In this document: positions 48,116 through 58,733 of the stretch, in pieces
Position numbering within the stretch: position 1 is the first letter of the stretch
Layout: every line of letters begins with the position of its first letter
From: Candidatus Hydrogenedens sp.
GTDB taxonomy: Bacteria > Hydrogenedentota > Hydrogenedentia > Hydrogenedentales > Hydrogenedentaceae
Assembly (NCBI GenBank): GCA_049968235.1
Contig: JBMFRC010000013.1
Location: forward strand, 1 to 64,000
Length of the DNA stretch: 64,000 nucleotides
Direction: 5' to 3'
The notes under the pieces: generated by a model
The model's database searches: none
Seen by the model: only the letters and a program-made list of their open reading frames with translations
What the model was told of the DNA's origin: nothing
Made by a program: the position numbers and the translations under genes

Positions 48116-50809
48116 ATGAGTAGTTCTGATTATAAAAATGAGATGCAAGAACAAATCAGTGCAATGACTTTTCCGGATGAAGAATGGATTGATGCATTAA
48201 AAGCCTATCTGGAAGAACGAGGTCCTCAGGCAACAGCAAAGTTGATTCGAAGACTTCAGGATTATACTTACCTTTTAGGTATTCGCAAGCCCTGCCCCGC
48301 AACTACGCCGTATGTTAATTCCATTCCTGTATCGGAACAGCCGGAATATCCAGGTAATCGTGAATTAGAACGAATTATTAAATCATATATCCGCTGGAAT
48401 GCAATGGCAATGGTAGTTCGTGCAAACCGCGAAGCAGATGGTATTGGGGGGCATATATCTACTTATGCTTCTGTAGCCACCCTATATGAAGTAGGATTTA
48501 ACCATTTTTTCAAGGCACGAACTGAAGACTACGGTGGTGATTTAATTTATTTTCAGGGACATGCTTCACCGGGAATATATGCACGAGCTTACTTAGAGGG
48601 ACGGCTTTCCGAGAATGACCTAAAAAACTTTCGACGCGAATTAAATAAAGGAGGAGGCTTGCCGTCATATCCACATCCACGACTTATGCCGGGATTCTGG
48701 CAATTCCCAACCGTTTCTATGGGACTGGGTCCTATTATGGCAATATATCAGGCACGGTTTAACAAATATTTAGAGAATCGGGGTTTGAAGCCTAAAAATG
48801 GTGGATATGTTTGGGCATTTTTGGGAGATGGCGAGACCGATGAGCCGGAAACATTAGGTGCTATTGGTTTAGCCAGTCGCGAGAAATTAGATAACCTAAT
48901 TTTCGTCATCAACTGTAACTTACAACGTTTAGATGGTCCTGTTCGTGGCAATGGAAAAATTATACAGGAGTTGGAAGCCATATTCCGCGGAGCAGGCTGG
49001 AATGTAATTAAAGTGGTTTGGGGTAGTGATTGGGACCCGCTATTTGAGAAGGATGAACATGGTTTATTGGTAAACGCATTAGGGGATATTGTTGATGGTG
49101 AGTATCAGAAATTTTCTGTTTCATCCGGGGAATATATTCGCAAAAAAATGATAGAACATGAACCGCGTCTGGCTCCGTATCTCGAACAGGTTTCAGATAT
49201 TCAATTACGCCAATTGCGTAGGGGTGGACATGACCCGGTAAAGGTATATTCTGCGTATTATCATGCGTTACAAACACAAGGGACTCCTACGGTAATATTG
49301 GCAAAGACAATCAAAGGATATGGACTTGGTGAAAGTGGCGAAGGGAAGAATATAACCCATCAACAAAAGAAACTCAATGAAGATGAACTACGCGAATTTC
49401 GGGCTCGCTTCGGGATTCCTGTCTCCGATGATGAGATTGCCTTCGCCCCGTTTTGTAAACCACCGGAAGACCATCCCGCTATGATATACCTCCAGGAACG
49501 ACGCAAGGCATTAGGCGGGTATTTGCCCCATCGCGATGTATTGGCACCGCCTTTACCTGCACCTGAAAACGAGCTGTTTGATGAGTTTTATAAAGGGACA
49601 CCTCGTCCCGTCTCCACAACGATGGCATTTGTTTCTATTTTACGAAAATTATTACAACATGAACGGATTGGCAAATTAATCGTTCCTATTGTGCCAGACG
49701 AAGCACGCACTTTCGGTATGGAAGGATTATTCCGTCAAATAGGAATTTATTCTTCGCAAGGACAAAAATACGAACCTGTAGATTCCGAATCGGTTCTGTA
49801 TTACAAAGAAACAACAGATGGGCAAATCCTTGAAGAAGGGATTTCAGAAGCAGGTTCAATGGCTTCTTTTATTTCTGCAGGAACCGCTTATGCCAGTCAT
49901 GGAATTAATACCATTCCTTTTTTCATCTTCTATTCTATGTTCGGATTTCAGCGGATTGGTGATTTAATCTGGGCATCTGCAGATATGAAAGTACGTGGAT
50001 TTCTCGTAGGTGGCACTGCGGGCAGAACAACCCTTGCCGGGGAAGGTCTGCAACATCAGGATGGACACAGTCACCTCCTCGCTATGTCTGTTCCCTGCCT
50101 TCGTGCATATGACCCCGCGTACGCCTACGAAATAGCCATTATTGTGCAGGAAGGCATTCGTAGCATGTATGAAAAGCAGGAACCGGTATTTTATTATTTA
50201 ACTGTGGGCAATGAAAACTACACCATGCCACCTATCCCGGCGGGGAAAAAAATACGCGATGGGATTATTAAAGGTTTATATCTACTTCGACCTTCTTCCT
50301 TAAAAAAATCAAAAATGAAAGTAAATTTATTAGGCAGTGGTTCATTACTTAATGAAGCACTAAAAGCACAGTTCGTTCTCGAAGAGGAATTTAATATCTC
50401 TGCAGATGTATGGAGTGCCACGAGTTATAAAATGCTCCGTGAAAATGCCCTGGAAACAGAACGCTGGAATCAGCTACATCCAATATCTACCAAAAAAATT
50501 CCGTATGTAACCGAATGCCTGAACAACAATGCACATGCAACCATTGCCGTTTCCGATTATGTAAAACTTGTTCCGGACAGTATATCCCGATGGGTTCCGC
50601 AAAGGTTTATATCCTTAGGAACAGATGGTTTTGGGCGTTCCGATACACGAGAAGCCCTGCGACATTACTTTGAGGTAGATAGCCGGTATATCATACTATC
50701 TGCCCTGTCTGCACTGGCTCAAGATAAGAAAATAGATACAAATATCGTAAAAAAATACATGCGGTCCGCAGATATACCTGCAAATAAAAAGTCTCCTATG
50801 GACTTATAA
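48116..50809 (+). CDS. aceE: Pyruvate dehydrogenase E1 component, homodimeric type
   Basis: 897 aa. A ThDP-binding GDGETDEPE region and overall E1p architecture are present. It is followed by E2 and E3. Confidence 0.9.
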   Translation: MSSSDYKNEMQEQISAMTFPDEEWIDALKAYLEERGPQATAKLIRRLQDYTYLLGIRKPCPATTPYVNSIPVSEQPEYPGNRELERIIKSYIRWNAMAMVVRANREADGIGGHISTYASVATLYEVGFNHFFKARTEDYGGDLIYFQGHASPGIYARAYLEGRLSENDLKNFRRELNKGGGLPSYPHPRLMPGFWQFPTVSMGLGPIMAIYQARFNKYLENRGLKPKNGGYVWAFLGDGETDEPETLGAIGLASREKLDNLIFVINCNLQRLDGPVRGNGKIIQELEAIFRGAGWNVIKVVWGSDWDPLFEKDEHGLLVNALGDIVDGEYQKFSVSSGEYIRKKMIEHEPRLAPYLEQVSDIQLRQLRRGGHDPVKVYSAYYHALQTQGTPTVILAKTIKGYGLGESGEGKNITHQQKKLNEDELREFRARFGIPVSDDEIAFAPFCKPPEDHPAMIYLQERRKALGGYLPHRDVLAPPLPAPENELFDEFYKGTPRPVSTTMAFVSILRKLLQHERIGKLIVPIVPDEARTFGMEGLFRQIGIYSSQGQKYEPVDSESVLYYKETTDGQILEEGISEAGSMASFISAGTAYASHGINTIPFFIFYSMFGFQRIGDLIWASADMKVRGFLVGGTAGRTTLAGEGLQHQDGHSHLLAMSVPCLRAYDPAYAYEIAIIVQEGIRSMYEKQEPVFYYLTVGNENYTMPPIPAGKKIRDGIIKGLYLLRPSSLKKSKMKVNLLGSGSLLNEALKAQFVLEEEFNISADVWSATSYKMLRENALETERWNQLHPISTKKIPYVTECLNNNAHATIAVSDYVKLVPDSISRWVPQRFISLGTDGFGRSDTREALRHYFEVDSRYIILSALSALAQDKKIDTNIVKKYMRSADIPANKKSPMDL

Positions 50810-50834
50810 CACATAATTAAAGAAGGAATAGACC

Positions 50835-52160
50835 ATGCCAAAGGAATTCCGATTACCCTCGCTGGGGGAAAATGTTGCAGAAGCAACTATTGGTAAGATT
50901 TTAGTAAAGGTTGGAGATATTATCCGTAAAGGACAGACTGTCTTGGAAATTGAAACGGATAAAGCGGTGGCAGAAATACCCTCTTCGCAGGAGGGTAAAA
51001 TACTAGAAATCCATGTGAAGGAAGGGCAAAAAGTAAAGCCCGGCATCTTAATTTTTACTATAGAGGAGATAACAGGGACGAGCACACCACCTCCTGAGCC
51101 TGTTTCTACACCTGAAGGGGGAAAAGTATCTCCACCAAAACAAGAAAGGCTTGTTTCTCCTCTTGTCGAAAAACCTGTGCCATTACGACCTTCTTCAGTT
51201 TCGGTAGTCGCAAGTCAAAAAGCAACATCGAATATTCCCATTTTGGCTTCCCCATCGGTTCGTAGATTGGCACGCGAATTAGGAGTTTCACTTGAAGAAG
51301 TCCCTGCATCGGACACGTCCGGAAAAATCTCTACGGAAGATGTTATTGCGTATCATAAGAGAAAGACAGAAAATATAGCGATAGTGGAAACGGAGATAAG
51401 CCATGATATGCCCACATCTGAATCTGCAGAAGAGATAGATATATCATCTTCCAAAGATTCCTGGGGACCTGTGGTTATTGAACCGATGAGTACCATTCGC
51501 AAAAAAACCGCGGAACAAATGATGCGTAGTTGGTCTGCTCCACACGTAACCCATTTTGATAAAGCGAATATAACGCAATTGGAAGAACTCCGTGAGGCAT
51601 GGTCAAAGAAAATTCAATCCGCCGGCGGTAGATTAAGCGTACTCATTTTTACATTGAAAGTCGTTGCCGAAGCATTAAAAAAATTCCCAAAGTTTAATAC
51701 CAGCATTGACCTCGAAAAAGAACAAATTATCTATAAAAAATATTATCATATCGGTGTTGCGGTTGATACAGAATACGGACTTCTGGTTCCTGTCCTGCGA
51801 AATGTGGATAAGAAGTCAATTAAAGAACTTTCTATTGAACTCCCAAAATTAGCGGAGAAAGCCCGACAACGGAAATTAACTTTAGAAGAATTGCAGGGTG
51901 CCACATTCACTATAAGTAATTTAGGCGGTTTAGGGGGTACTGGCTTTACACCGATTATAAATGCGCCACAGGTGGCTATTTTGGGGATGTCCCGTTCCAG
52001 TATGGAACCTATATACCAAAATGGTAGTTTTATTCCACAACTCATGCTACCTTTAAGTTTGTCGTATGACCATCGTGTTATCGATGGAGCAGAGTCCGCT
52101 CGTTTTGTTCGCTGGATTTGTAATGCTCTTGAAAATCCATGGAATATATTTCTTGAATAA
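50835..52160 (+). CDS. aceF: Dihydrolipoamide acetyltransferase E2 (single lipoyl domain)
   Basis: A lipoyl-lysine motif EIETDKAV, a peripheral subunit-binding domain (SPSVRRLAREL), and the catalytic C-terminal DHRVIDGA are present. Confidence 0.85.
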   Translation: MPKEFRLPSLGENVAEATIGKILVKVGDIIRKGQTVLEIETDKAVAEIPSSQEGKILEIHVKEGQKVKPGILIFTIEEITGTSTPPPEPVSTPEGGKVSPPKQERLVSPLVEKPVPLRPSSVSVVASQKATSNIPILASPSVRRLARELGVSLEEVPASDTSGKISTEDVIAYHKRKTENIAIVETEISHDMPTSESAEEIDISSSKDSWGPVVIEPMSTIRKKTAEQMMRSWSAPHVTHFDKANITQLEELREAWSKKIQSAGGRLSVLIFTLKVVAEALKKFPKFNTSIDLEKEQIIYKKYYHIGVAVDTEYGLLVPVLRNVDKKSIKELSIELPKLAEKARQRKLTLEELQGATFTISNLGGLGGTGFTPIINAPQVAILGMSRSSMEPIYQNGSFIPQLMLPLSLSYDHRVIDGAESARFVRWICNALENPWNIFLE

Positions 52161-52188
52161 TTAAGAATTACAAACAGAAGGAGGTCTT

Positions 52189-53616
52189 ATGCCCGAAGTA
52201 ATTCAAACACAGGTTGCAGTCATTGGTGCAGGTCCGGGTGGTTATGGATGCGCCTTTATGTGTGCCGATTTAGGACTACAAACGGTTCTTATCGATGTAG
52301 AAAAGAATCCAGGCGGGACATGCCTCTATCGAGGTTGTATCCCAACAAAATCTTTACTCCACATATCTCATGTAATTTCCAATGCGTTAGAGGCAAAAAA
52401 ATTTGGCGTTCACTTCCAGAAACCAAAATTAGATATTAATGAAATACGAAAAAATGTGCAGGGTGTCGTCGAACACTTAACCGGTGGTTTGGGTCAACTA
52501 ACGAAGTTACGAAATATTAATTATGTTCAGGGACGAGCCAGTTTCCTGGATTCAAACACATTAGAAGTTTTCTTGATGGATGGTCGAGAATTACGTATCC
52601 ATGCAGAATATACTGTCATTTCTGCTGGTTCGAGACCCGCCTTATTTGGACAACCTATTGATTCGCCAGATATTATGAATTCCAATACTGCTATCAACAT
52701 AGAGGATATACCCGAACGATTACTGGTTATTGGTGGTGGATATATCGGGCTGGAATTAGGTACTGTTTATGCCACTTTAGGCTCTGAAGTAACACTCGTG
52801 GAGGTTACTGATGGACTACTCCCCGGTGTTGACCGTGATTTAGTGCGTCCTTTAGAAAAACATTTAGAAAATGTTATATATCAAATCCATTTAAAAACAC
52901 TGGTCAAACAATTAAAACCGCAAAAGAAAGGTATTTCTGTTGAACTGGAAGGTGCGGAAATAAAAAAAACACAACAGATTTTTGATAAGGTTCTTGTATC
53001 AGTTGGCAGAAAACCCAATAGTAGCGGTTTAGGTTTAAAAAATACAAATGTGTCTGTGGACGAAAAAGGATTTATCCGTGTTGACGAACAAAGACACACA
53101 ACTGACCCCTATATCTTTGCCATTGGCGATGTTGCAGGAGGACCTATGTTAGCCCATAAAGCAACACATGAGGGACGAGTTGTTGCAGAGGTCATCTCCG
53201 GCAAGAATGTCGCCTTTGAACCGCAAGCTATCCCTGCTGTTGTTTTCACTGACCCTGAAATTGCGTGGTGTGGACTTACCGAAGAACAAGCACGCTCAAA
53301 AAATATACCCGTTCAAGTATCAAGATTCCCATGGTCTGCTTCTGGCAGAGCCATGACAATGTTCCGTGGGGAGGGATTGACAAAACTCATAACCCATGCA
53401 GAAACACAACAAATTCTCGGTTTCGGTATCGTCGGAGCCAATGCTGGTGAACTTATCGGTGAAGCTACATTGGCTATTGAGATGGGTGCGACGCTCGAAG
53501 ACCTCGACTTAACCATACACCCGCATCCTACTCTCAGTGAAACCATCATGGAATCTGCAGGTGCTTTACTCGGTAAAAGTACCCATGTTTACCGCAAACC
53601 CCAACGAAAAGAATAA
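52189..53616 (+). CDS. lpd: Dihydrolipoyl dehydrogenase E3
   Basis: FAD-binding VIGAGPGGY, a redox-active disulfide GGTCLYRGCIPTK, and a C-terminal HPHPTLSE are present. Confidence 0.9.
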   Translation: MPEVIQTQVAVIGAGPGGYGCAFMCADLGLQTVLIDVEKNPGGTCLYRGCIPTKSLLHISHVISNALEAKKFGVHFQKPKLDINEIRKNVQGVVEHLTGGLGQLTKLRNINYVQGRASFLDSNTLEVFLMDGRELRIHAEYTVISAGSRPALFGQPIDSPDIMNSNTAINIEDIPERLLVIGGGYIGLELGTVYATLGSEVTLVEVTDGLLPGVDRDLVRPLEKHLENVIYQIHLKTLVKQLKPQKKGISVELEGAEIKKTQQIFDKVLVSVGRKPNSSGLGLKNTNVSVDEKGFIRVDEQRHTTDPYIFAIGDVAGGPMLAHKATHEGRVVAEVISGKNVAFEPQAIPAVVFTDPEIAWCGLTEEQARSKNIPVQVSRFPWSASGRAMTMFRGEGLTKLITHAETQQILGFGIVGANAGELIGEATLAIEMGATLEDLDLTIHPHPTLSETIMESAGALLGKSTHVYRKPQRKE

Positions 53617-53632
53617 ACTCCGGACAAATTGA

Positions 53633-54154
53633 CTATCCTTCATTATCGTTCATCTTATCTTCCTCATCAGGTCTTTTTATATACGTATCAATCCCATATT
53701 TATCATAAACATTAAAAATCTCCTCGCAAAACTGTATAATCCGCATATCACTTTTCTCTTTTGCTTCATTATAAAGCCTTATTATAAACCGTTTCCCAAA
53801 CTCCGTTTGAGAATAATTCTTCTTTAAATAATTATTCACCGAACATAATGTTTGTCCATTTTCAACAGAATTTGTCCCTCCTTTATCCAGCGGAATCCTA
53901 TGGTCCACATGTATCTCCACACCATCTTCCCTACCCCTTACACAAACCACACAACGATAATTGTCCCTCTCAAATATTTCTTCCTTCACTGAATCAGTAA
54001 ATTCAAATAACTCCCTTTTCTGAACCAAATCGGGGTCATATTTATAGACCCCTTTTTTTTCCTTTATTAGCCACCCACTTTGATGTAATTTTCGAATCCC
54101 CCACCAGGGATCTCTCGGTTTTCTCCCATACAACTTTTTATATTGTTCTTCCAC
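53633..54154 (-). CDS. HNH endonuclease
   Basis: The HNH motif is CVVCVRGREDGVEIHVDHRIPLDKGGTNSVENGQTLCSVNN. GTG start. It lies 100 bp downstream of the methyltransferase pseudogene on the same strand. Confidence 0.7.
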   Translation of the reverse strand: MEEQYKKLYGRKPRDPWWGIRKLHQSGWLIKEKKGVYKYDPDLVQKRELFEFTDSVKEEIFERDNYRCVVCVRGREDGVEIHVDHRIPLDKGGTNSVENGQTLCSVNNYLKKNYSQTEFGKRFIIRLYNEAKEKSDMRIIQFCEEIFNVYDKYGIDTYIKRPDEEDKMNDNEG

Positions 54155-54255
54155 CTAATCTACAACGGGTCCATGAGATAATTATTTTTTCGGATGAGAA
54201 ATAAAATATTCCATTATCAGGTCTTCAATACTAATATACTTCGACTCTTCCACTT

Positions 54256-55058
54256 CTATTCAGCCTTCCTTACCATATCGAACCTTAACTGGTCAATCTC
54301 TACCTCTTTTAACAACCGTTGTTTTGCTATTTTGCAATAGTTTTCATCTATTTCAATACCAATTCCTTTCCTATTCGTTGTGGCACATGCAAGAAGAGTT
54401 GTCCCGCTTCCTAAAAAGGGGTCTAATACCGTATCCCCGACAAAAGTAAACAATTTAATACATCGTCTTGGCAATTCAAGTGGAAACGGTGCCGGATGAC
54501 CAATTCTCGTTTTGCTTTCTCCCATAAAAGTCCAAAACCCATTGGTCCACTGGACAAATTCATCTTTTGTTATGTCTGACTCTCCACTTCCACTTGTTTT
54601 TTTCCAATTATTTTTATACAGCACTGCTATCATTTCCACAGGAGCAATTACATACGGTGCCGAAGCAGATAACCATGAACCCCATGCGGTTCTTCAGGAA
54701 ATATTTTGTTCATTCCAAACAATTGCAGAATGGTATTTATAACCTATCTTTTTTGCGATAGTTATTACATCCGCAAATACACTTTGCTGTCCACCTTTGT
54801 TCTTATCCAATGGAATATTTAAACAAAACCTTCCGTCTCCTTTTAATACTCTATACGCTTTATCAAGCCAATTTGCCGTAAATGCCAGATATTCTTTATA
54901 CGAAACTGTATCGTTATATGAATTATAACTAATATCTACATTATACGGAGGGGAAGTTATAATCAAATCGATAGAATTCTCTTCAACACAATCCGTTACC
55001 AGGAAATCTGCATTGTAAATCTGCAGATTATTTCTTTCAAAATAAGTTTTTCTTTCAT
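54256..55058 (-). pseudogene. Disrupted beta-class DNA methyltransferase (SPPY motif IV followed by motif I DPFLGSGTT; probably N4-cytosine type)
   Basis: Hand translation shows NEQNIS-TGA-RTAWGSW, with the TGA in the same frame between ORFs 54694..54966 and 54256..54639. The expected N-terminal strand IYNADFLVTDCVEENSIDLIITSPPY is out of frame with the only upstream ATG (MKEKLILKEIICRF ...), which indicates an additional frameshift near an A-run. Confidence 0.6.
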
Positions 55059-55197
55059 GCTAAACACACCTCAAATCATTATTAACACAATCATACCATT
55101 ATAATACCCCTTTTAACTTGCCTATACAAAATATTTACCTACCCGATGTATTGCTTCCTATTTACTATCATCTCATTTTCTTGTATCCCATTTTACT

Positions 55198-56952
55198 TTA
55201 TTTATTTTCTGCAATCCTTTTTACTTTATCCGGCAATTTTTCTCTGTATTTGTCGGTGTATAGTCCGATTTGAGCAAAGGGGATGGGGTCGAAATTAAAT
55301 CCTGATGTGATTAATATATCTTTATTTATCTCAAAATTTCCCTGTGTGAATTGAGGAAATAAGGCGTCGTCGTTATTAACTAGATTATCCTCGAAAATAA
55401 TTTGGGATGCTTCCATTTTTCTCATGACTTCGTTGCATTTCCAGAATATATTTCTTCTCACGGTATTCTTATTTCTGTCCTCATAAATGTTTACTATTTC
55501 CGGATATTTTTGAACATACAAGTTGTAATCTATATCGGGCTTATTAAGGGCATCATTCACAATGTTTCTCCATTCTTCTTCGGTGCAGGTCTGAAAAGTA
55601 ACGCCAATAAAACAATCCGCAAAGATATTATTTTCTATCAGGTTATCCTTACCTCCATTTACCTGAACGCCACCGAAAATGCCCTCCTTAGCACATGCTT
55701 TATAAAACACATTCCCGTAAATCTTCACACCTGAGATAGGAAAATCCAGCCGAACTCCTCCCTGTAAAGGCAGACCAGGCTTGTCCCAATTCCCGATATG
55801 ATGCCAGTAGTTGTAGCGATATATCATACCGCGATAAGTGGGATTCCCATAACTATCCAAGCCACCCTGGTCATCTGATTCCTGAACCACATCGCAAACC
55901 TCATTATATTCAACAAGAATATCATTTCCATCCATACGGAAAGCACTGCTCGGATTCTTATGCACAAAATTATGGGAAATCACATGTCCTACACCTTCTC
56001 CATACACCGCTGGTTTGTAAGTATGGTCAACACGGGCTAAATCATAAAAATAGCAGTTATCTACTTTGAACCCACTTGAGGTTAACGTTTTACGGTTACC
56101 CCCTTTCAAAAATACACCCCCTTTCCCTAAAGTCTCGAAGTCACAAGATTGGACACAATGGTTTTTTCCTCCATCTACGGCAACCCCATAGCCTCCACTC
56201 TGGCTAAAAGAACAACCCAATATTCGGATATCCTCTCCCTCAAAAATCTCTATTAGATTTCCAGAACTCAGTTTAAAATGTAATCCTTCTACATAGATAT
56301 GGCTCGCATCTTCAAATGTAAACATGGGTCCCTCAAACCATGAAAACTCAATAACTGCTCCATCCATATTTGCGGGCGGATAAAAATATAGGAGCATATT
56401 TTCCCTATCCAGATACCATTCACCGGGCTGGTCCAATTCACACAATAGGTTAAGAGCATAAAATCTTGCCCCTTCCTTATACCCATAAGCCGAAGCAGAT
56501 TGAGCCAATTTTATTTCCCTTTTATCCAGGTCAATCGAACCTATATATTCATAAGAATCCGACCAATCGTAATGCCAATATCCATGCAATAGAACATTAG
56601 GCTCATTTACCCAATTTTGAAGTGGGCAGTTCTCTACTTTGATTTTTACATTTGTCATTGTAGAAAATCCCGGTAATCGTTCAACAGTCTCTCCTTCTAC
56701 TCCCGCAACATGAAGGAAACCCTCATTGGGATACCTTGCTAATGTCATAGCCTGCCCATTGAAAAATATCTCTACATATGGGAAAGCGGTATATCCTTTA
56801 TAACCGCGGTCCTTCTGACGTAATTCCAGATTTCCAAATCCACCTAACTTCAACGGAGGGAGAGATTTTAATCCATACTCTTTCATATCTGCCACATAAA
56901 GTTTCTCCCATATTTCCTTTTTAATCCTACCTGAGGCATCTACTTCTCTCAT
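55198..56952 (-). CDS. Right-handed parallel beta-helix repeat protein (pectate-lyase-fold, probable glycan-active enzyme)
   Basis: 584 aa with repeated beta-helix coil motifs (NCYFYD, HNFVHKN, GNVFYK, NNIFAD). Confidence 0.6.
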   Translation of the reverse strand: MREVDASGRIKKEIWEKLYVADMKEYGLKSLPPLKLGGFGNLELRQKDRGYKGYTAFPYVEIFFNGQAMTLARYPNEGFLHVAGVEGETVERLPGFSTMTNVKIKVENCPLQNWVNEPNVLLHGYWHYDWSDSYEYIGSIDLDKREIKLAQSASAYGYKEGARFYALNLLCELDQPGEWYLDRENMLLYFYPPANMDGAVIEFSWFEGPMFTFEDASHIYVEGLHFKLSSGNLIEIFEGEDIRILGCSFSQSGGYGVAVDGGKNHCVQSCDFETLGKGGVFLKGGNRKTLTSSGFKVDNCYFYDLARVDHTYKPAVYGEGVGHVISHNFVHKNPSSAFRMDGNDILVEYNEVCDVVQESDDQGGLDSYGNPTYRGMIYRYNYWHHIGNWDKPGLPLQGGVRLDFPISGVKIYGNVFYKACAKEGIFGGVQVNGGKDNLIENNIFADCFIGVTFQTCTEEEWRNIVNDALNKPDIDYNLYVQKYPEIVNIYEDRNKNTVRRNIFWKCNEVMRKMEASQIIFEDNLVNNDDALFPQFTQGNFEINKDILITSGFNFDPIPFAQIGLYTDKYREKLPDKVKRIAENK

Positions 56953-56970
56953 CTTCTTAAAATTCTTTAT

Positions 56971-57345
56971 CTAAATTCCACCGCTGATTATGTTTTCTGA
57001 TTTATCTTCTGTGGTAATAATAATCGGTTTCCCTTCTTCTCCACTATGCTCTTTTGTAAAAACTACTCTATCGGTTATTTTATATTCCCCTTTTTGCAGG
57101 ACAATTTTTACCCCTTTTTCTGGGAATTTACCATTCTTTTTCAGTCCACCTATATAATTCAGGACTTCTTGAAATGTATTAAAAGATACCCCTTTATCAA
57201 ATGCTTCCTTGTTATCATTTACAGGCAAAACGCGGATTCTTTTTTGATAGGATAGTTCAGAGGCATACAGGAAATATCCATTTCCCATAAGAAAAAGTGC
57301 ACAAACCCAGAGCACACCAAAACGAAAAATATCCTTCGGCTTCAT
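56971..57345 (-). CDS. Hypothetical secreted / membrane-anchored small protein
   Basis: It has a hydrophobic N-terminus and lies 18 bp upstream of the beta-helix gene on the same strand. Confidence 0.4.
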   Translation of the reverse strand: MKPKDIFRFGVLWVCALFLMGNGYFLYASELSYQKRIRVLPVNDNKEAFDKGVSFNTFQEVLNYIGGLKKNGKFPEKGVKIVLQKGEYKITDRVVFTKEHSGEEGKPIIITTEDKSENIISGGI

Positions 57346-57443
57346 AATCCATCCTTTACAAATTGCTTATTATAAATTTATGGTATCCATAACAAATCAT
57401 CCTCTTTCATTATTTTCCCATGTCGCAAATAACTGAGAACTTG

Positions 57444-58367
57444 CTATCTCTTACCTTTTATAAATTCTACCGTTTGGGTCAAACCTGTTTTAAGGTCAGT
57501 TTTGGGTTGCCAGCCTAAAATTTGATATGCTTTCTCACCTGTAATAAAGATAGTTTGCACTTCACCGGGACGTAACGGTGCTAATTCCGGTTCTTCGTTA
57601 TACCCTACAACCTTGGCAATAATATCAAAGATTTCGCGGACTGTCGTCCCTTTTGCCGAACCTAAATTCACTGTTTCATTTACTCCCTTTTCCAGCCCTA
57701 ATAAAAACGCTCGTGCTATATCCTTCACAAAGACATAGTCGCGTTTGGGTGTGCCATAACCATACAAAACGGGTTTTTTCCCTTTCAACATAAGACCGGT
57801 AAGTATGGAACAAACACCGGCTTCCCCTTCGGGGCTCTGCCTCGGTCCATATACATTCGGTAATCGCAAAATAAGATAGTTCAGACCATGAAGTCGTTGA
57901 TACAAACCTAAATAATGTTCAAAGGATAACTTACTTGTCCCATAGGGGGACATCGGTTTGGGGAAATAAGTTTCTGGCACAGGTAAAAGTTCCGATTCAC
58001 CATATATAGCCCCACCTGTAGACGAAAAAATAAATTTACTTACACCATATTTCACAGCATTATTTAACAGATTAATCCCACCTAATATGTTTACTTTTGC
58101 GTCAAATATCGGGTCTGTTACACTTTTTCGAACATCAATTTGAGCTGCTAAATGTGCCACAAAATCTGGACGAAATTCGTTAAATACCATATCCATTTGC
58201 TCTGAACATACATCCATTTCGATAAACTTCGCTTTCGTATTTAAATTTTCAAGTTTCCCTGAACTTAAGTTATCAACAACAAGTACCTCGTGTTGATTTT
58301 CGAGCAATATATCTACCACATGCGAGCCAATAAACCCTGCTCCACCTGTAACTATTACTTTTGACAT
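57444..58367 (-). CDS. NAD-dependent epimerase/dehydratase (UDP-sugar 4-epimerase-like SDR)
   Basis: The N-terminus VIVTGGAGFIGSHVV is a Rossmann motif. The YxxxK catalytic pair is in YGTSK. Confidence 0.8.
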   Translation of the reverse strand: MSKVIVTGGAGFIGSHVVDILLENQHEVLVVDNLSSGKLENLNTKAKFIEMDVCSEQMDMVFNEFRPDFVAHLAAQIDVRKSVTDPIFDAKVNILGGINLLNNAVKYGVSKFIFSSTGGAIYGESELLPVPETYFPKPMSPYGTSKLSFEHYLGLYQRLHGLNYLILRLPNVYGPRQSPEGEAGVCSILTGLMLKGKKPVLYGYGTPKRDYVFVKDIARAFLLGLEKGVNETVNLGSAKGTTVREIFDIIAKVVGYNEEPELAPLRPGEVQTIFITGEKAYQILGWQPKTDLKTGLTQTVEFIKGKR

Positions 58368-58733
58368 AAGTAAACCTTTCTTTTTACAAAATTGCTGGAT
58401 AAAATGAAATTAGATAATACCAAAAATATCTATTTATTTTCACAGAACATACTAAATACTCCACCCACAATAGATATTTTTTATATAGGTAATTTACCCA
58501 TGATACTAATAAAACACAAATTGTGGAAATATGAATAAAGAGCAAATTATAAAAAGATAATGCTAAAATCGTTGGGTTTCCTTAACAATATAAATAATTG
58601 GGTTAAAAATCAGTAGCCAAGGGAAGTGATGTTTGTAATAAGGTATATGGATTGAGAAAAATGCGTGTTTTGGTCGTATAGGTATCTATAACATCTTTTT
58701 CATTATTGTGTTATTGGGGAAATATATCTCTAC

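Noticed and set aside
54640-54700. Hypothesis that the in-frame TGA in the methyltransferase reflects an alternative genetic code (TGA=Trp/Gly) or selenocysteine
   Set aside because: TGA terminates many genes of normal length in this window, including lgt, the sigma factor and fliQ. No other gene shows internal TGA. There is no SECIS-like hairpin and no rationale for Sec in a methyltransferase. A nonsense mutation in a pseudogene is the simpler reading.
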